From: Escherichia coli
GTDB taxonomy: Bacteria > Pseudomonadota > Gammaproteobacteria > Enterobacterales > Enterobacteriaceae
Strand: one strand, 5' to 3'
NCBI RefSeq assembly: GCF_003334405.1
Contig: NZ_QOWM01000014.1
Length of the DNA: 64,000 bases
The notes under the pieces were generated by a model. That model ran no database searches. It was not told the DNA's origin and worked only from the letters and a program-made list of their open reading frames with translations. A program made the position numbers and the translations under genes. Shown piece by piece: positions 37,962-49,160 of this stretch (within the stretch, counting starts at the first letter, position 1; each line of letters begins with the position of its first letter).

Positions 37962-38857
37962 TATTTCCCCCGTTTGGCGCGTGGATGCGCCGCATCGTAC
38001 ACCGAGGCAAGGTGTTGAAAATCAAGATGAGTATAGATTTGCGTGGTGGAGAGGTTGGCATGACCCAGCAGCTCCTGCACACCACGAAGATCGCCGCTCG
38101 ACTCCAGCATATGCGTGGCGAACGAGTGACGTAATTTATGCGGATGAACGTGATTATTCAGCCCTTGTTTTATGCCCCATTCGGCAAAGCGTTTCTGCAC
38201 ATTACGCGCGGAGATACGCTTGCCCAGTTTCGACAGAAAAAGCGCGTCGTCTTCGCTACCAAACAGGTCGCGCAAATCAAGCCAGTGCTCAATCCACGCC
38301 ACAGCGTTGCGACCAATCGGCAGGCGGCGCTCTTTGCTGCCTTTCCCCATAACCCACACTTCACCAGACTCCAGGTCGAGGTGTTTAATATCCAGCCCCA
38401 CCAGCTCAGAAAGACGCAGACCCGCGCCGTACATCACTTCCAGCATTGCACGGTCGCGTACAGCGAGGGGATCATTGATATCAATATCCAGCAGCCGATT
38501 CATATCGTCGACGTCGATGTTTTTCGGCAGATGACGCGGCGCTTTCGGTGCCGAAACACCTTTCGCCGGGTTAGCTTTGAGTTCGTTCTGGCTGACCAGC
38601 CAGTCAAAAAAGCTACGTAGCGCAGAAAGCCGTAACGCCAGACTTGCTGCTCCCAGCCCTTTACGGCGACTGCGTACAGCAAAATTGCGCACCATCGTCA
38701 CATCACATTGCTGCCAGCTTTGCAGGCCGTTTTCGCTGGCAAAATTGATGATCGCCTCAAGCTGACGCTGGTAGTTAAGCAGGGTTATCGGGCTAAGCTG
38801 GCGCTCCACGCTCAGATAACGTAGGTAGCGTTCTACATCGGTGTGTAAATCGGTCAT
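37961..38857 (-). CDS. xerC: Site-specific tyrosine recombinase XerC
   Basis: Track ORF 298 aa, [22 protein letters not shown]...; chromosome-dimer resolvase in the dapF operon, not a mobile-element integrase. Confidence 0.95.
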
Positions 38858-39561
38858 ACGCGTTCAATCCAACGCTCCAGAAGCTCCGGCAACATCAGCG
38901 CAATTTCATGAAGTAACTGCGTTCCTTGCCCTTGTTGATAGTGACTGGCATCGCGACTGGTAAACAGCACGACACCCAAATCAGCATCGCTTCCCAGCAT
39001 CGACATCGCCACCGATCCCACCGCTTTCGCTTCCGGTAGCACCACCAGCAGCTCTGGTCCGTTAAGCGGCCCAAGATAGTGCTGTTCCTGCCCCAAACGC
39101 TGAATACGCAGCGGTTCGAAAGACTGACGGCTTAATGCCAGATGAGTGTGGTTCGACGGCGCACCTAAGCGCCAGCGATCCGGAAACAGGCGCAGACTCG
39201 CACCTGCCAGGCCGAGATCGCGCGCCCAGCGGTGAAAGCGCATCAGCATATCGTCGAGACTGCTGGCGGCGGTGAGACTGCGCTGCAGGTAGAGTAGGCG
39301 ATAAAACAGGCCTTCGTTGGCGATAGCCTGTTCCATCAACAGCGCCATGTTCTCTTCCAGAACATGAATATGATTACGTGCGCGGGCCATGTGCCACTCG
39401 ACCAACGAAACGGTGCCGCGTACCGGATGCGGCACACGTATCGCTTCTACTGCGCGCGCATTACGGATAAAAAACTCAGGATTTTTAATCAGATAATCGA
39501 CAACCGCCCGGTCATCAAGCTCCGTGAGTGTTTCCTGCAGTTCTTCCCCTGGTTGCTTCAT
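38854..39561 (-). CDS. yigA: DUF484-family protein
   Basis: Track ORF 235 aa; start overlaps dapF stop, stop overlaps xerC start. Confidence 0.9.
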
Positions 39562-40382
39562 AGATGAATAAATCCGTCGTAGACATGTACCGCCGGGCCA
39601 GTCATATATAACGGGTGACCCGGACCTTTCCAGGCGATATCAAGACGACCGCCGGGGAGTTCCACGCGTACTTCTTCGGCCAGCAAACCTTGCTGAATCC
39701 CTACTGCAACCGCCGCACACGCGCCGCTGCCGCAGGCCTGGGTTTCTCCTGCCCCACGCTCATAAACGCGTAAACGAATATGCTCGCGCTTAACCACTTG
39801 CATAAAACCGATATTGGCGCGCTCCGGAAAACGCTCGTGGCTTTCCAGAACAGGACCAAGCGTTTCTACCGCCGCGGTATCGACATCATCGACCTGAATC
39901 ACGCAATGCGGATTTCCCATCGACACCACGCCGCATAAGATTGTCTGCTCGGCGGCGCGCATAATATAGGTCTTTTCCGCTTTGTTAGCGCGAAACGGCA
40001 CGGCGGAAGGTTCGAAGTTGGGTTCGCCCATATTTACGCGGACCAGATCATCATCGGTGACGGTCAGAACCATCCGCCCGTTGGCGGTGCTGACGCGGAT
40101 ATCACGCTTATTGGTCAGTCCTTTCAGACGCACAAAACGGGCAAAGCAGCGCGCACCGTTGCCGCACTGCGCCACTTCACTGCCATCAGCATTGAAAATG
40201 CGATAGTGAAAATCCAGTTCAGGATCATACGGCGGCTCAACCACCAGCAGTTGGTCAAACCCTACCCCCAGGTGCCGATCAGCCAGGCGACGAATCAGCT
40301 CCGGTGAAAAAAAGACATTCTGCGTTACCGCGTCGACGACCATAAAATCGTTGCCAAGGCCATGCATTTTCGAGAACTGCAT
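39558..40382 (-). CDS. dapF: Diaminopimelate epimerase
   Basis: Track ORF 275 aa trimmed one codon to [19 protein letters not shown]... (274 aa). Confidence 0.95.
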
Positions 40383-40418
40383 CATTTACTCCAATCACGC
40401 GGGTACAGAAACTGACTT

Positions 40419-40622
40419 TTAGTAATTCACCTGGGATGGACCATCGCCAGTGGCGCGATCGTTTTTATCCGGCACCGTGGATTGCGTTTGCGTCTCTACC
40501 GGTTTGGTCGGCGGCGGTGCGTTTTTATCTGCAGGCGGGAAATAGAGCGGACCTTTCAGACCGCAGCCCGTCAGGCTGAAGAGAGTAAGTAATACAGTGA
40601 GTGCCTTAAACACGTTTTTCAT
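40419..40622 (-). CDS. yifL: Small lipoprotein YifL (LptM)
   Basis: Track ORF 67 aa with lipobox LTGC, MKNVFKALTVLLTLFSLTGCGLKGPLY.... Confidence 0.9.
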   Translation of the reverse strand: MKNVFKALTVLLTLFSLTGCGLKGPLYFPPADKNAPPPTKPVETQTQSTVPDKNDRATGDGPSQVNY

Positions 40623-41084
40623 TATGGATTGCCTGTAAAGTTCATCGCTTTCTGCTTTCTATCATCGCAGGAGAAGACGTAAAAGCAAGCGTTTAGCGAC
40701 TCTTTATGAAGTCTGAAAAGTGAGGAAATGCTGCGAGTATAACGCTTACTCGTGGGGATTTATGTTTTGCTGGTAGTTTCGTGATCGGCACCTCGCGCCA
40801 GGATGGCTTTATGCACTATCGCAATGTGGTTTGTTTGTTGTCTTTTTTAGTTCCGTCAGCGTGAGGATGCTCGCTCGGTAAACCTGATCATAATGTTTAC
40901 CAGAAACAGGGAAAGACGTGGTGTAACTGCGCCCTAATGAAGAGACAAATCTTTCGCTACACAGAGACATCATTATTCCGGTGACGGATGAATCGTGCCG
41001 GAACGCAGCCGCAGAGGTGCAAACTTTGAAGCCCTGACCCCATGCCGCTATACTGCCGCCATCACTTAAAAACAGGATACAACA

Positions 41085-41405
41085 ATGAACGACAGTGAAT
41101 TTCATCGCCTGGCTGATCAACTCTGGCTGACCATTGAAGAACGCCTGGACGACTGGGATGGCGACAGCGATATCGACTGCGAAATCAACGGCGGCGTACT
41201 GACCATTACCTTTGAGAATGGCAGCAAAATCATTATCAACCGCCAGGAGCCGCTGCACCAGGTATGGCTGGCAACCAAACAGGGCGGCTACCATTTTGAC
41301 CTGAAAGGCGATGAGTGGATTTGTGATCGCAGCGGCGAAACCTTCTGGGATTTGCTGGAACAGGCGGCGACGCAGCAGGCGGGTGAAACAGTCAGTTTCC
41401 GCTAA
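41085..41405 (+). CDS. cyaY: Frataxin homolog, iron-sulfur cluster assembly protein CyaY
   Basis: Track ORF 106 aa, [33 protein letters not shown]...; recognised as CyaY. Confidence 0.95.
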
Positions 41406-41413
41406 GATTGCAT

Positions 41414-41437
41414 GCCGGATAAGCCTCGCTTTCCGGC
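41414..41437. terminator. Stem-loop between convergent cyaY and cyaA (possible bidirectional terminator)
   Basis: gccgga...tccggc inverted repeat immediately after the cyaY stop; no clean U-tract. Confidence 0.4.
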
Positions 41438-41444
41438 ACGTTCA

Positions 41445-43991
41445 TCACGAAAAATATTGCTGTAATAGCGGCGTATCGTGATCCTGATTGGCAGGCGGCA
41501 TGTTACCGATAGATTTTGTGCGGAACGGAATCACCTGTTCACGACCATCAACCTTCACAATCTGATAGAACTGCGGCAGGTTGAAGTTGATGAAGCTTGA
41601 GCCGTAGGTAAAACGGTCATGCGATGACGAGTAGAAGCGACTGACGTCACGTACCAGCTCCTCTTTGCTGCCTTCGCAGTGGTGATATACCTCAACCCGG
41701 TTGCTTTCGTCGAGAATGTAGATATTAAAGCCATTCTCGTCTTGCGTTTCTTCGAAAAAGAACTGGATGATCCCTTCGCTGGCAAAGCCGTCCACCACCG
41801 CCGGTAATTTGACGTGATTGGTTTCAACCTGCACTGACAGGCCGTGCAGTTTGTTATGCGAAATCGCGCCATAAAACTCGATGGCGTTTTCCAGTTTCTG
41901 TACCGATACATTCAGGCGTTCGAAGAACAACCCCCAGGTTTGACCAGAAACGCGCAGCGCCTTGAAACGCCCGGTTTCCTGGCGGGTGCTGGAAAGACGC
42001 AATTCAATACACTCAGAAACCAGTTGCTGCACGCGAGTACGAATTAAGCCGCGCAGATGCTGGCTATAACAGAAGACTTCCACGCTATCTGGCGGTGCGG
42101 CGTCCTGATGCATTTTGCCGAGAATAGTTTTCAGGGCTTCGATCATCGATTGCTCGCCGTTGAAGTGCAGCGTACGCACTTCGTTCCACGAGTTGCGGTA
42201 CAGCAGGTCAACGCTACCTACCAGGCAATTTTGATTCTCGCCAAAGCTGAAGACATCCAGCTTACGGAAATCGAAATGCACCACCTGATTGCGGAACGCC
42301 GCTGTCGGGTCATATTCCAGGTTAACGATAATCGCCAGATGGCGGATCTCACACGGGCTGTAGAGCGCCTTCGGTGTCGGTGCAGGTAAGCGCAGCGGGA
42401 AATGGTGCGACACGTCGGCGACCATCTCCTGCAACTTAGGCAAATCGACAATGCCGTTACCTTTAATATACAAACGGGTGCGCGAGGTCAGCAGGCCGTT
42501 AAACCATGCCCACGCCACCAGTTTATTCAGGTAACGGTTATATTCCAGCGGCTGATGGCTGATGATCGACTCAATATTTGGCGCGCGGTTATACAGATAC
42601 CAACCTGAACGGTTAGCCCGGCCCGGCGGCACATAAATAAAGGTCAGATTCGGTTCCGAGAGATCGGGTGAAATCTGCGGGTTTACCAGCGTCACTTTAC
42701 CTGGTAATGCTTCAAACGCGGCATACAGCTTACGCGTCAGCACGCCGATATCCTGCGGACTGGCGGAGACGCTAAGGTTATTGCGACGCGCAAAGCGGAT
42801 CAGATTACGGTAGCTCTGCATCATCGCGTCGAGCAACTCGTTGTGCGCCTCACGCACCTGATCAATCTTCCAGTTAGCGCGGTTATCGAGCATTGCCAGA
42901 CGAGCTTCGTCCCAACCCCACTCGCTCACTAACTGGCTCAACACTGCGCGACGCCAGCCTACGCAGGCGCGTTCACGGCTGAGCTTTTCGCACACTTTTA
43001 AATAGAAGCAGCGACGTACTAAATCCAGACGGGTAAAATCTTCAATCGCCGTCAGGTATTCAGTAACACGCTCCAGCATCATGCAGTATGGATCGAGACC
43101 AAACGATACAATCTCGCCGTCGTGCAAACGCTGTTTGATATCTTTCGCCAGCAGACGTGGGTTCGGGTATTCCCAGGAATAGGCTTCCAGCAGCAGTGTT
43201 TTCAGTACCGCTTTGTATGGGGAATCGATACTCTTGTAGAGCTGCCAAAGGCTGGCACCAAAGTACTCTTCAGCAGAAAGCGAGCTTAAGCCACCGAGAT
43301 CCAGCCATTCATTTGGCGTCAGCACGCCCTGCGCGTAAAGCGTCATCACATAGTCGTCGTAATGCTCTTCTTCGTCGCACGGCACCATATTCCACAGAAT
43401 ACGCTTACCGGCGAGACGCACGGCGGTACGATAAAATTCGTCAAGCAGCAGTATATGCTGGGTGGAGCCACAATCTTCGCCCCCCAGGCTGCCGCTTTCA
43501 TTATGACGGAAGCGGTTTTCATCAATCAGGAAGAAGCTGACTTCCACACCCAGCGAGGCGGCCCAGTTTTCCAGCAGGCTACATTTACGTTGTAGCAATT
43601 GGCGCTCTTCGCTATCGAGCCAGGATTGATGACAGACCCAGATATCCAGGTCAGAGGAACAACTTTGCCCTACGGACGAGGTGCTGCCCATGGTGTATAC
43701 ACCAGTAATTGGAAGCTCACCTTTCGGCGGATCCTGTACTGACATTCCACGATACAGTTCAAGCTCGTTCAGGTAGTGGCGTTGAGTTTCATCAGGCGTG
43801 TAAAGGCAAATGCCTTTGGGAACGTTACCATCAAGGTAACCCGGCATTAGCGGATGGTGATAGTGCAACAATGTCGGCAGTAGACTGTAGACCTGTTGGA
43901 ATGCAGGCCCCATAGCAGCAAGCGCGCGATCCACACGCAATTGATTTATGGCATCCAGTCTCTGTTTCAGAGTCTCAATATAGAGGTACAA
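41445..43991 (-). CDS. cyaA: Adenylate cyclase (class I)
   Basis: Track ORF 848 aa, (M)[23 protein letters not shown]...; first codon is TTG, consistent with the known UUG start of cyaA. Confidence 0.95.
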   Translation of the reverse strand: MYLYIETLKQRLDAINQLRVDRALAAMGPAFQQVYSLLPTLLHYHHPLMPGYLDGNVPKGICLYTPDETQRHYLNELELYRGMSVQDPPKGELPITGVYTMGSTSSVGQSCSSDLDIWVCHQSWLDSEERQLLQRKCSLLENWAASLGVEVSFFLIDENRFRHNESGSLGGEDCGSTQHILLLDEFYRTAVRLAGKRILWNMVPCDEEEHYDDYVMTLYAQGVLTPNEWLDLGGLSSLSAEEYFGASLWQLYKSIDSPYKAVLKTLLLEAYSWEYPNPRLLAKDIKQRLHDGEIVSFGLDPYCMMLERVTEYLTAIEDFTRLDLVRRCFYLKVCEKLSRERACVGWRRAVLSQLVSEWGWDEARLAMLDNRANWKIDQVREAHNELLDAMMQSYRNLIRFARRNNLSVSASPQDIGVLTRKLYAAFEALPGKVTLVNPQISPDLSEPNLTFIYVPPGRANRSGWYLYNRAPNIESIISHQPLEYNRYLNKLVAWAWFNGLLTSRTRLYIKGNGIVDLPKLQEMVADVSHHFPLRLPAPTPKALYSPCEIRHLAIIVNLEYDPTAAFRNQVVHFDFRKLDVFSFGENQNCLVGSVDLLYRNSWNEVRTLHFNGEQSMIEALKTILGKMHQDAAPPDSVEVFCYSQHLRGLIRTRVQQLVSECIELRLSSTRQETGRFKALRVSGQTWGLFFERLNVSVQKLENAIEFYGAISHNKLHGLSVQVETNHVKLPAVVDGFASEGIIQFFFEETQDENGFNIYILDESNRVEVYHHCEGSKEELVRDVSRFYSSSHDRFTYGSSFINFNLPQFYQIVKVDGREQVIPFRTKSIGNMPPANQDHDTPLLQQYFS

Positions 43992-44143
43992 GACGTATCG
44001 CCTGATTTGCTACCCGTCATGACTGTGATTCCGCCAACATCAACGGTAACACGCGGCATTCGGGATATTTCGTATGTCAAAGGTAACCGTTACCACTTTT
44101 CGCGCCTGGTTTTTTTAGTTTCACGACGAAAAAATGGTCTAAA

Positions 44144-44165
44144 ACGTGATCAATTTAACACCTTG
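44144..44165. promoter_or_regulatory. Putative CRP-type site in the cyaA/hemC divergent promoter region
   Basis: aaacgtgatcaatttaacacc resembles a sequence I recall from the cyaA promoter; assignment from memory only. Confidence 0.3.
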
Positions 44166-44377
44166 CTGATTGACCGTAAAGAAAGATGCGCTACATACAA
44201 GTGTAGCACCGTTTATTCTCTGTAAATTCCTTATTACAACGGCGTGAAACGCCTGTCAGGATCCACTGCCAGACCTCATTTTACGGTTTGCGCAGGCGTC
44301 TACGTTTCACCACAACACTGACATCACTCTGGCAAGGATGTTAGGATGGACCACGGATGATAATGACGGTAACAAGC

Positions 44378-45319
44378 ATGTTAGACAATGTTTTAAGAAT
44401 TGCCACACGCCAAAGCCCACTTGCACTCTGGCAGGCACACTATGTCAAAGACAAGTTGATGGCGAGCCATCCGGGCCTGGTCGTTGAACTGGTACCGATG
44501 GTGACGCGCGGCGATGTGATTCTTGATACGCCGCTGGCGAAAGTAGGCGGAAAAGGCTTATTTGTAAAAGAGCTGGAAGTCGCGCTCCTCGAAAATCGCG
44601 CCGATATCGCCGTACACTCAATGAAAGATGTGCCGGTTGAATTCCCGCAAGGTCTGGGACTGGTCACTATTTGTGAGCGTGAAGATCCTCGCGATGCCTT
44701 TGTGTCCAATAACTATGACAGTCTGGATGCGTTACCGGCAGGCAGTATCGTCGGGACGTCCAGTTTACGTCGCCAGTGCCAACTGGCTGAACGCCGTCCG
44801 GATCTGATTATCCGCTCCCTGCGCGGCAACGTCGGCACTCGCCTGAGCAAACTGGATAACGGCGAATACGATGCCATCATTCTTGCCGTAGCCGGACTAA
44901 AACGTTTAGGTCTGGAGTCACGTATTCGCGCCGCGTTGCCACCCGAGATTTCTCTTCCGGCGGTAGGACAAGGTGCGGTGGGTATTGAATGCCGCCTTGA
45001 TGATTCACGCACTCGCGAGCTGCTTGCCGCGCTGAATCACCACGAAACTGCACTGCGCGTTACCGCAGAACGCGCCATGAATACCCGTCTCGAAGGCGGA
45101 TGTCAGGTGCCAATTGGTAGCTACGCCGAGCTTATTGATGGCGAAATCTGGCTGCGTGCGCTGGTCGGCGCGCCGGACGGTTCGCAGATTATTCGCGGTG
45201 AACGCCGCGGTGCGCCGCAAGATGCCGAACAAATGGGGATTTCGCTGGCAGAAGAGCTACTGAATAACGGCGCGCGCGAGATCCTCGCTGAAGTCTATAA
45301 CGGAGACGCCCCGGCATGA
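44378..45319 (+). CDS. hemC: Porphobilinogen deaminase (hydroxymethylbilane synthase)
   Basis: Track ORF 320 aa trimmed to [19 protein letters not shown]... (313 aa); an upstream in-frame ATG at 44357 cannot be excluded. Confidence 0.9.
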
Positions 45320-46056
45320 GTATCCTTGTCACCCGCCCGTCTCCCGCTGGAGAAGAGTTAGTGAGCCGTCTGCGCACACTGGGGCAGGTGGCCTGGCATT
45401 TTCCGCTGATTGAGTTTTCTCCGGGTCAACAATTACCGCAACTTGCTGATCAACTGGCAGCGCTGGGGGAGAGCGATCTGTTGTTTGCCCTCTCGCAACA
45501 CGCGGTTGCTTTTGCCCAATCACAGCTGCATCAGCAAGATCGTAAATGGCCCCGACTACCTGATTATTTCGCCATTGGACGCACCACCGCACTGGCACTA
45601 CATACCGTAAGCGGACAGAAGATTCTCTACCCGCAGGATCGGGAAATCAGCGAAGTCTTGCTACAATTACCTGAATTACAAAATATTGCGGGCAAACGTG
45701 CGCTGATATTACGTGGCAATGGTGGTCGTGAGCTAATTGGGGATACCCTGACGGCGCGCGGTGCTGAGGTCACTTTTTGTGAATGTTATCAACGATGCGC
45801 AATCCATTACGATGGTGCAGAAGAAGCGATGCGCTGGCAAGCCCGCGAGGTGACGATGGTCGTTGTTACCAGCGGTGAAATGTTGCAGCAACTCTGGTCG
45901 CTGATCCCACAATGGTATCGTGAGCACTGGTTACTACACTGTCGACTATTGGTCGTCAGTGAGCGTTTGGCGAAACTCGCCCGGGAACTGGGCTGGCAAG
46001 ACATTAAGGTCGCCGATAACGCTGACAACGATGCGCTTTTACGGGCATTACAATAA
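45316..46056 (+). CDS. hemD: Uroporphyrinogen-III synthase
   Basis: Track ORF 246 aa; start overlaps hemC stop. Confidence 0.93.
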   Translation: MSILVTRPSPAGEELVSRLRTLGQVAWHFPLIEFSPGQQLPQLADQLAALGESDLLFALSQHAVAFAQSQLHQQDRKWPRLPDYFAIGRTTALALHTVSGQKILYPQDREISEVLLQLPELQNIAGKRALILRGNGGRELIGDTLTARGAEVTFCECYQRCAIHYDGAEEAMRWQAREVTMVVVTSGEMLQQLWSLIPQWYREHWLLHCRLLVVSERLAKLARELGWQDIKVADNADNDALLRALQ

Positions 46057-46077
46057 CTCTCATAACAGGAAGCCATA

Positions 46078-47283
46078 ATGACGGAACAAGAAAAAACCTC
46101 CGCCGTGGTTGAAGAGACCAGGGAGGCCGTGGACACCACGTCACAACCTGTCGCAACAGAAAAAAAGAGTAAGAACAATACCGCATTGATTCTCAGCGCG
46201 GTGGCTATCGCTATTGCTCTGGCGGCGGGCATCGGTTTGTATGGCTGGGGTAAACAACAGGCCGTCAATCAGACCGCCACCAGCGATGCCCTGGCTAACC
46301 AACTGACGGCATTGCAAAAAGCCCAGGAGAGCCAAAAAGCCGAGCTGGAAGGCATTATTAAGCAACAAGCTGCACAACTTAAGCAGGCGAATCGTCAGCA
46401 AGAAACGCTGGCAAAACAGTTGGATGAAGTCCAACAAAAGGTCGCCACCATTTCCGGCAGCGATGCTAAAACCTGGCTGCTGGCTCAGGCCGATTTTCTG
46501 GTGAAACTCGCCGGACGGAAGCTGTGGAGCGATCAGGACGTCACGACCGCTGCAGCGTTGCTGAAAAGTGCAGACGCCAGCCTGGCGGATATGAATGACC
46601 CGAGTCTGATTACCGTTCGTCGGGCAATTACCGATGATATCGCCAGCCTTTCTGCAGTATCGCAGGTGGATTATGACGGCATCATCCTTAAGCTTAATCA
46701 GCTTTCAAATCAGGTAGATAACCTGCGTCTGGCCGATAATGACAGCGATGGTTCGCCGATGGATTCAGACGGTGAAGAGCTTTCCAGTTCCATCAGCGAA
46801 TGGCGTATCAATCTGCAAAAAAGCTGGCAGAACTTTATGGACAACTTCATTACGATTCGCCGTCGTGATGACACCGCCGTACCGCTGTTAGCGCCAAATC
46901 AGGATATCTATCTGCGCGAAAATATTCGCTCTCGCCTGCTGGTCGCAGCACAAGCTGTACCGCGTCACCAGGAAGAGACTTATCGCCAGGCGCTGGAGAA
47001 CGTCTCCACCTGGGTACGTGCTTACTACGATACTGATGATGCCACCACCAAAGCGTTCCTCGACGAGGTGGACCAGTTAAGCCAGCAAAATATCTCGATG
47101 GATCTTCCGGAAACCCTGCAAAGCCAGGCGATGCTGGAAAAACTGATGCAGACTCGCGTGCGTAACCTGCTGGCACAACCGGCAGCGGGGACAACGGAAG
47201 CTAAACCTGCACCTGCACCTGCACCTGCACCTGCACCTGCACCGCAAGCTGATACTCCGGCAGCCGCGCCGCAAGGAGAATAA
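46078..47283 (+). CDS. hemX: HemX (membrane-anchored coiled-coil protein of the hemCDXY operon)
   Basis: Track ORF 401 aa with TM segment, coiled-coil and a C-terminal (PA)6 tract. Confidence 0.9.
   Translation: MTEQEKTSAVVEETREAVDTTSQPVATEKKSKNNTALILSAVAIAIALAAGIGLYGWGKQQAVNQTATSDALANQLTALQKAQESQKAELEGIIKQQAAQLKQANRQQETLAKQLDEVQQKVATISGSDAKTWLLAQADFLVKLAGRKLWSDQDVTTAAALLKSADASLADMNDPSLITVRRAITDDIASLSAVSQVDYDGIILKLNQLSNQVDNLRLADNDSDGSPMDSDGEELSSSISEWRINLQKSWQNFMDNFITIRRRDDTAVPLLAPNQDIYLRENIRSRLLVAAQAVPRHQEETYRQALENVSTWVRAYYDTDDATTKAFLDEVDQLSQQNISMDLPETLQSQAMLEKLMQTRVRNLLAQPAAGTTEAKPAPAPAPAPAPAPQADTPAAAPQGE
47206..47241 (+). repeat. Hexanucleotide tandem repeat (cctgca)x6 inside hemX
   Basis: Six perfect cctgca units, in frame, translated as [12 protein letters not shown]. 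Confidence 0.9.
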
Positions 47284-47285
47284 CC

Positions 47286-48482
47286 ATGCTAAAAGTGTTA
47301 TTGCTCTTTGTGTTGCTGATTGCGGGGATCGTGGTTGGCCCGATGATTGCCGGCCATCAGGGTTATGTGCTGATCCAGACCGACAACTACAATATCGAAA
47401 CCAGCGTCACGGGCCTGGCGATCATATTGATTCTGGCGATGGTAGTGCTGTTTGCCATTGAGTGGCTACTGCGGCGGATCTTCCGCACTGGCGCGCACAC
47501 CCGTGGGTGGTTTGTCGGACGTAAGCGTCGCCGTGCACGTAAGCAGACCGAACAGGCGCTGCTGAAACTGGCGGAAGGCGATTATCAGCAAGTTGAAAAG
47601 CTGATGGCGAAAAATGCCGATCACGCGGAACAACCGGTGGTGAACTATCTACTGGCTGCCGAAGCCGCGCAACAACGTGGTGATGAAGCACGCGCCAACC
47701 AACATCTGGAACGCGCAGCGGAGCTGGCCGGCAACGACACCATTCCGGTAGAAATCACCCGCGTACGTCTGCAACTGGCCCGTAATGAAAACCATGCTGC
47801 ACGCCACGGCGTGGATAAGCTGCTGGAAGTTACGCCACGCCATCCGGAAGTATTACGTCTGGCGGAACAGGCGTATATCCGCACAGGTGCATGGAGTTCG
47901 CTGCTGGATATTATCCCATCAATGGCGAAAGCCCATGTTGGTGATGAAGAACATCGTGCAATGCTGGAACAACAGGCATGGATTGGCCTGATGGATCAGG
48001 CGCGTGCCGATAACGGTAGCGAAGGTTTGCGTAACTGGTGGAAAAACCAAAGCCGGAAAACGCGTCATCAGGTAGCGTTGCAGGTGGCAATGGCGGAACA
48101 TCTTATTGAATGTGACGATCATGATACTGCCCAGCAAATTATCATCGATGGCCTGAAACGCCAGTACGACGATCGCCTACTGCTGCCGATTCCTCGACTG
48201 AAAACAAACAATCCGGAACAGCTGGAAAAAGTGCTGCGCCAGCAAATCAAAAACGTCGGCGATCGCCCGCTGTTGTGGAGCACACTGGGCCAGTCACTGA
48301 TGAAGCACGGAGAATGGCAGGAAGCATCGCTCGCCTTCCGCGCAGCGCTGAAACAACGTCCGGACGCCTACGATTACGCATGGCTTGCCGACGCGCTGGA
48401 CAGACTGCACAAGCCGGAAGAAGCTGCAGCGATGCGTCGCGACGGTTTGATGTTAACGTTGCAGAATAACCCGCCACAGTAG
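47286..48482 (+). CDS. hemY: HemY (TPR-containing inner membrane protein)
   Basis: Track ORF 398 aa, MLKVLLLFVLLIAGIVVGPMIAGHQGYVLIQ...; recognised as HemY. Confidence 0.93.
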   Translation: MLKVLLLFVLLIAGIVVGPMIAGHQGYVLIQTDNYNIETSVTGLAIILILAMVVLFAIEWLLRRIFRTGAHTRGWFVGRKRRRARKQTEQALLKLAEGDYQQVEKLMAKNADHAEQPVVNYLLAAEAAQQRGDEARANQHLERAAELAGNDTIPVEITRVRLQLARNENHAARHGVDKLLEVTPRHPEVLRLAEQAYIRTGAWSSLLDIIPSMAKAHVGDEEHRAMLEQQAWIGLMDQARADNGSEGLRNWWKNQSRKTRHQVALQVAMAEHLIECDDHDTAQQIIIDGLKRQYDDRLLLPIPRLKTNNPEQLEKVLRQQIKNVGDRPLLWSTLGQSLMKHGEWQEASLAFRAALKQRPDAYDYAWLADALDRLHKPEEAAAMRRDGLMLTLQNNPPQ

Positions 48483-48492
48483 TTCCTTCTCA

Positions 48493-48515
48493 CCCGGAGG
48501 CAAGCACCTCCGGGG
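48493..48515 (+). terminator. Stem-loop after the hemY stop
   Basis: cccggagg caagca cctccggg hairpin about 10 nt past the hemY stop; no clear U-tract. Confidence 0.4.
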
Positions 48516-48529
48516 CCTTCCTGATACAT

Positions 48530-48736
48530 AAAAAAACGCCTGCTCTTATTACGGAGCAGGCGTTAAAACAGGTCTGTATGACAACAAGTGGGTGCTTCAC
48601 TCAACGTTGTGTCCATGGTGTCTGATGAGGCATAAGCGACATCTGTCAGTGGACGATAAGCACCGTAAACGGCTCTGCGTCATTCCGGAGTTTATGAGGC
48701 ACTAAGGCGAACATAAGAGATGGAATGAGCATCTAC
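48530..48736 (-). ncRNA. glmZ: Small regulatory RNA GlmZ
   Basis: Minus strand reads gtagatgctcattccatctcttatg...ending gcaggcgttttttt with a terminator hairpin; matches the GlmZ sequence I recall (about 207 nt), convergent with hemY. Confidence 0.88.
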
Positions 48737-49160
48737 TCGTTTATTATGCCACAGAGAATCGGGAAATAACATCCCTTAACACTTGTTATGAGATAATTCT
48801 GTAATCCTCTTTGCTTCCTGAGTAATAACTTCCTGAGTGAATATTTAACCTGAGCTTGATCCTACACATACTTATTATGAATGATAAAATTCATTCAATT
48901 AATAACACATATATTAATTGCCGTTAAAACTAAAAACAGCATCAATAATCAACGCGATATAATAAACCTGCCTTACATATCAACTGCGCCAGAGGTAGGA
49001 TTGAAAACGCTCTCCTGATTTTCCAATTCATTTTCTGGATAAATAAATAATTTATTTTTGTCACTATTATTTATGTAATCATCCTGTCAGGGAGAGGGAT
49101 CTCAATTATCAATGCTTAATTACGTCATCATTTTGATGACATGAAACCGGAGCATTTTGC

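Noticed and set aside
47206-47241. The (cctgca)x6 array as a regulatory phase-variation switch
   Set aside because: The unit is 6 bp and in frame, so copy-number change alters linker length rather than switching the gene on or off; it is kept as a length-polymorphism candidate only.
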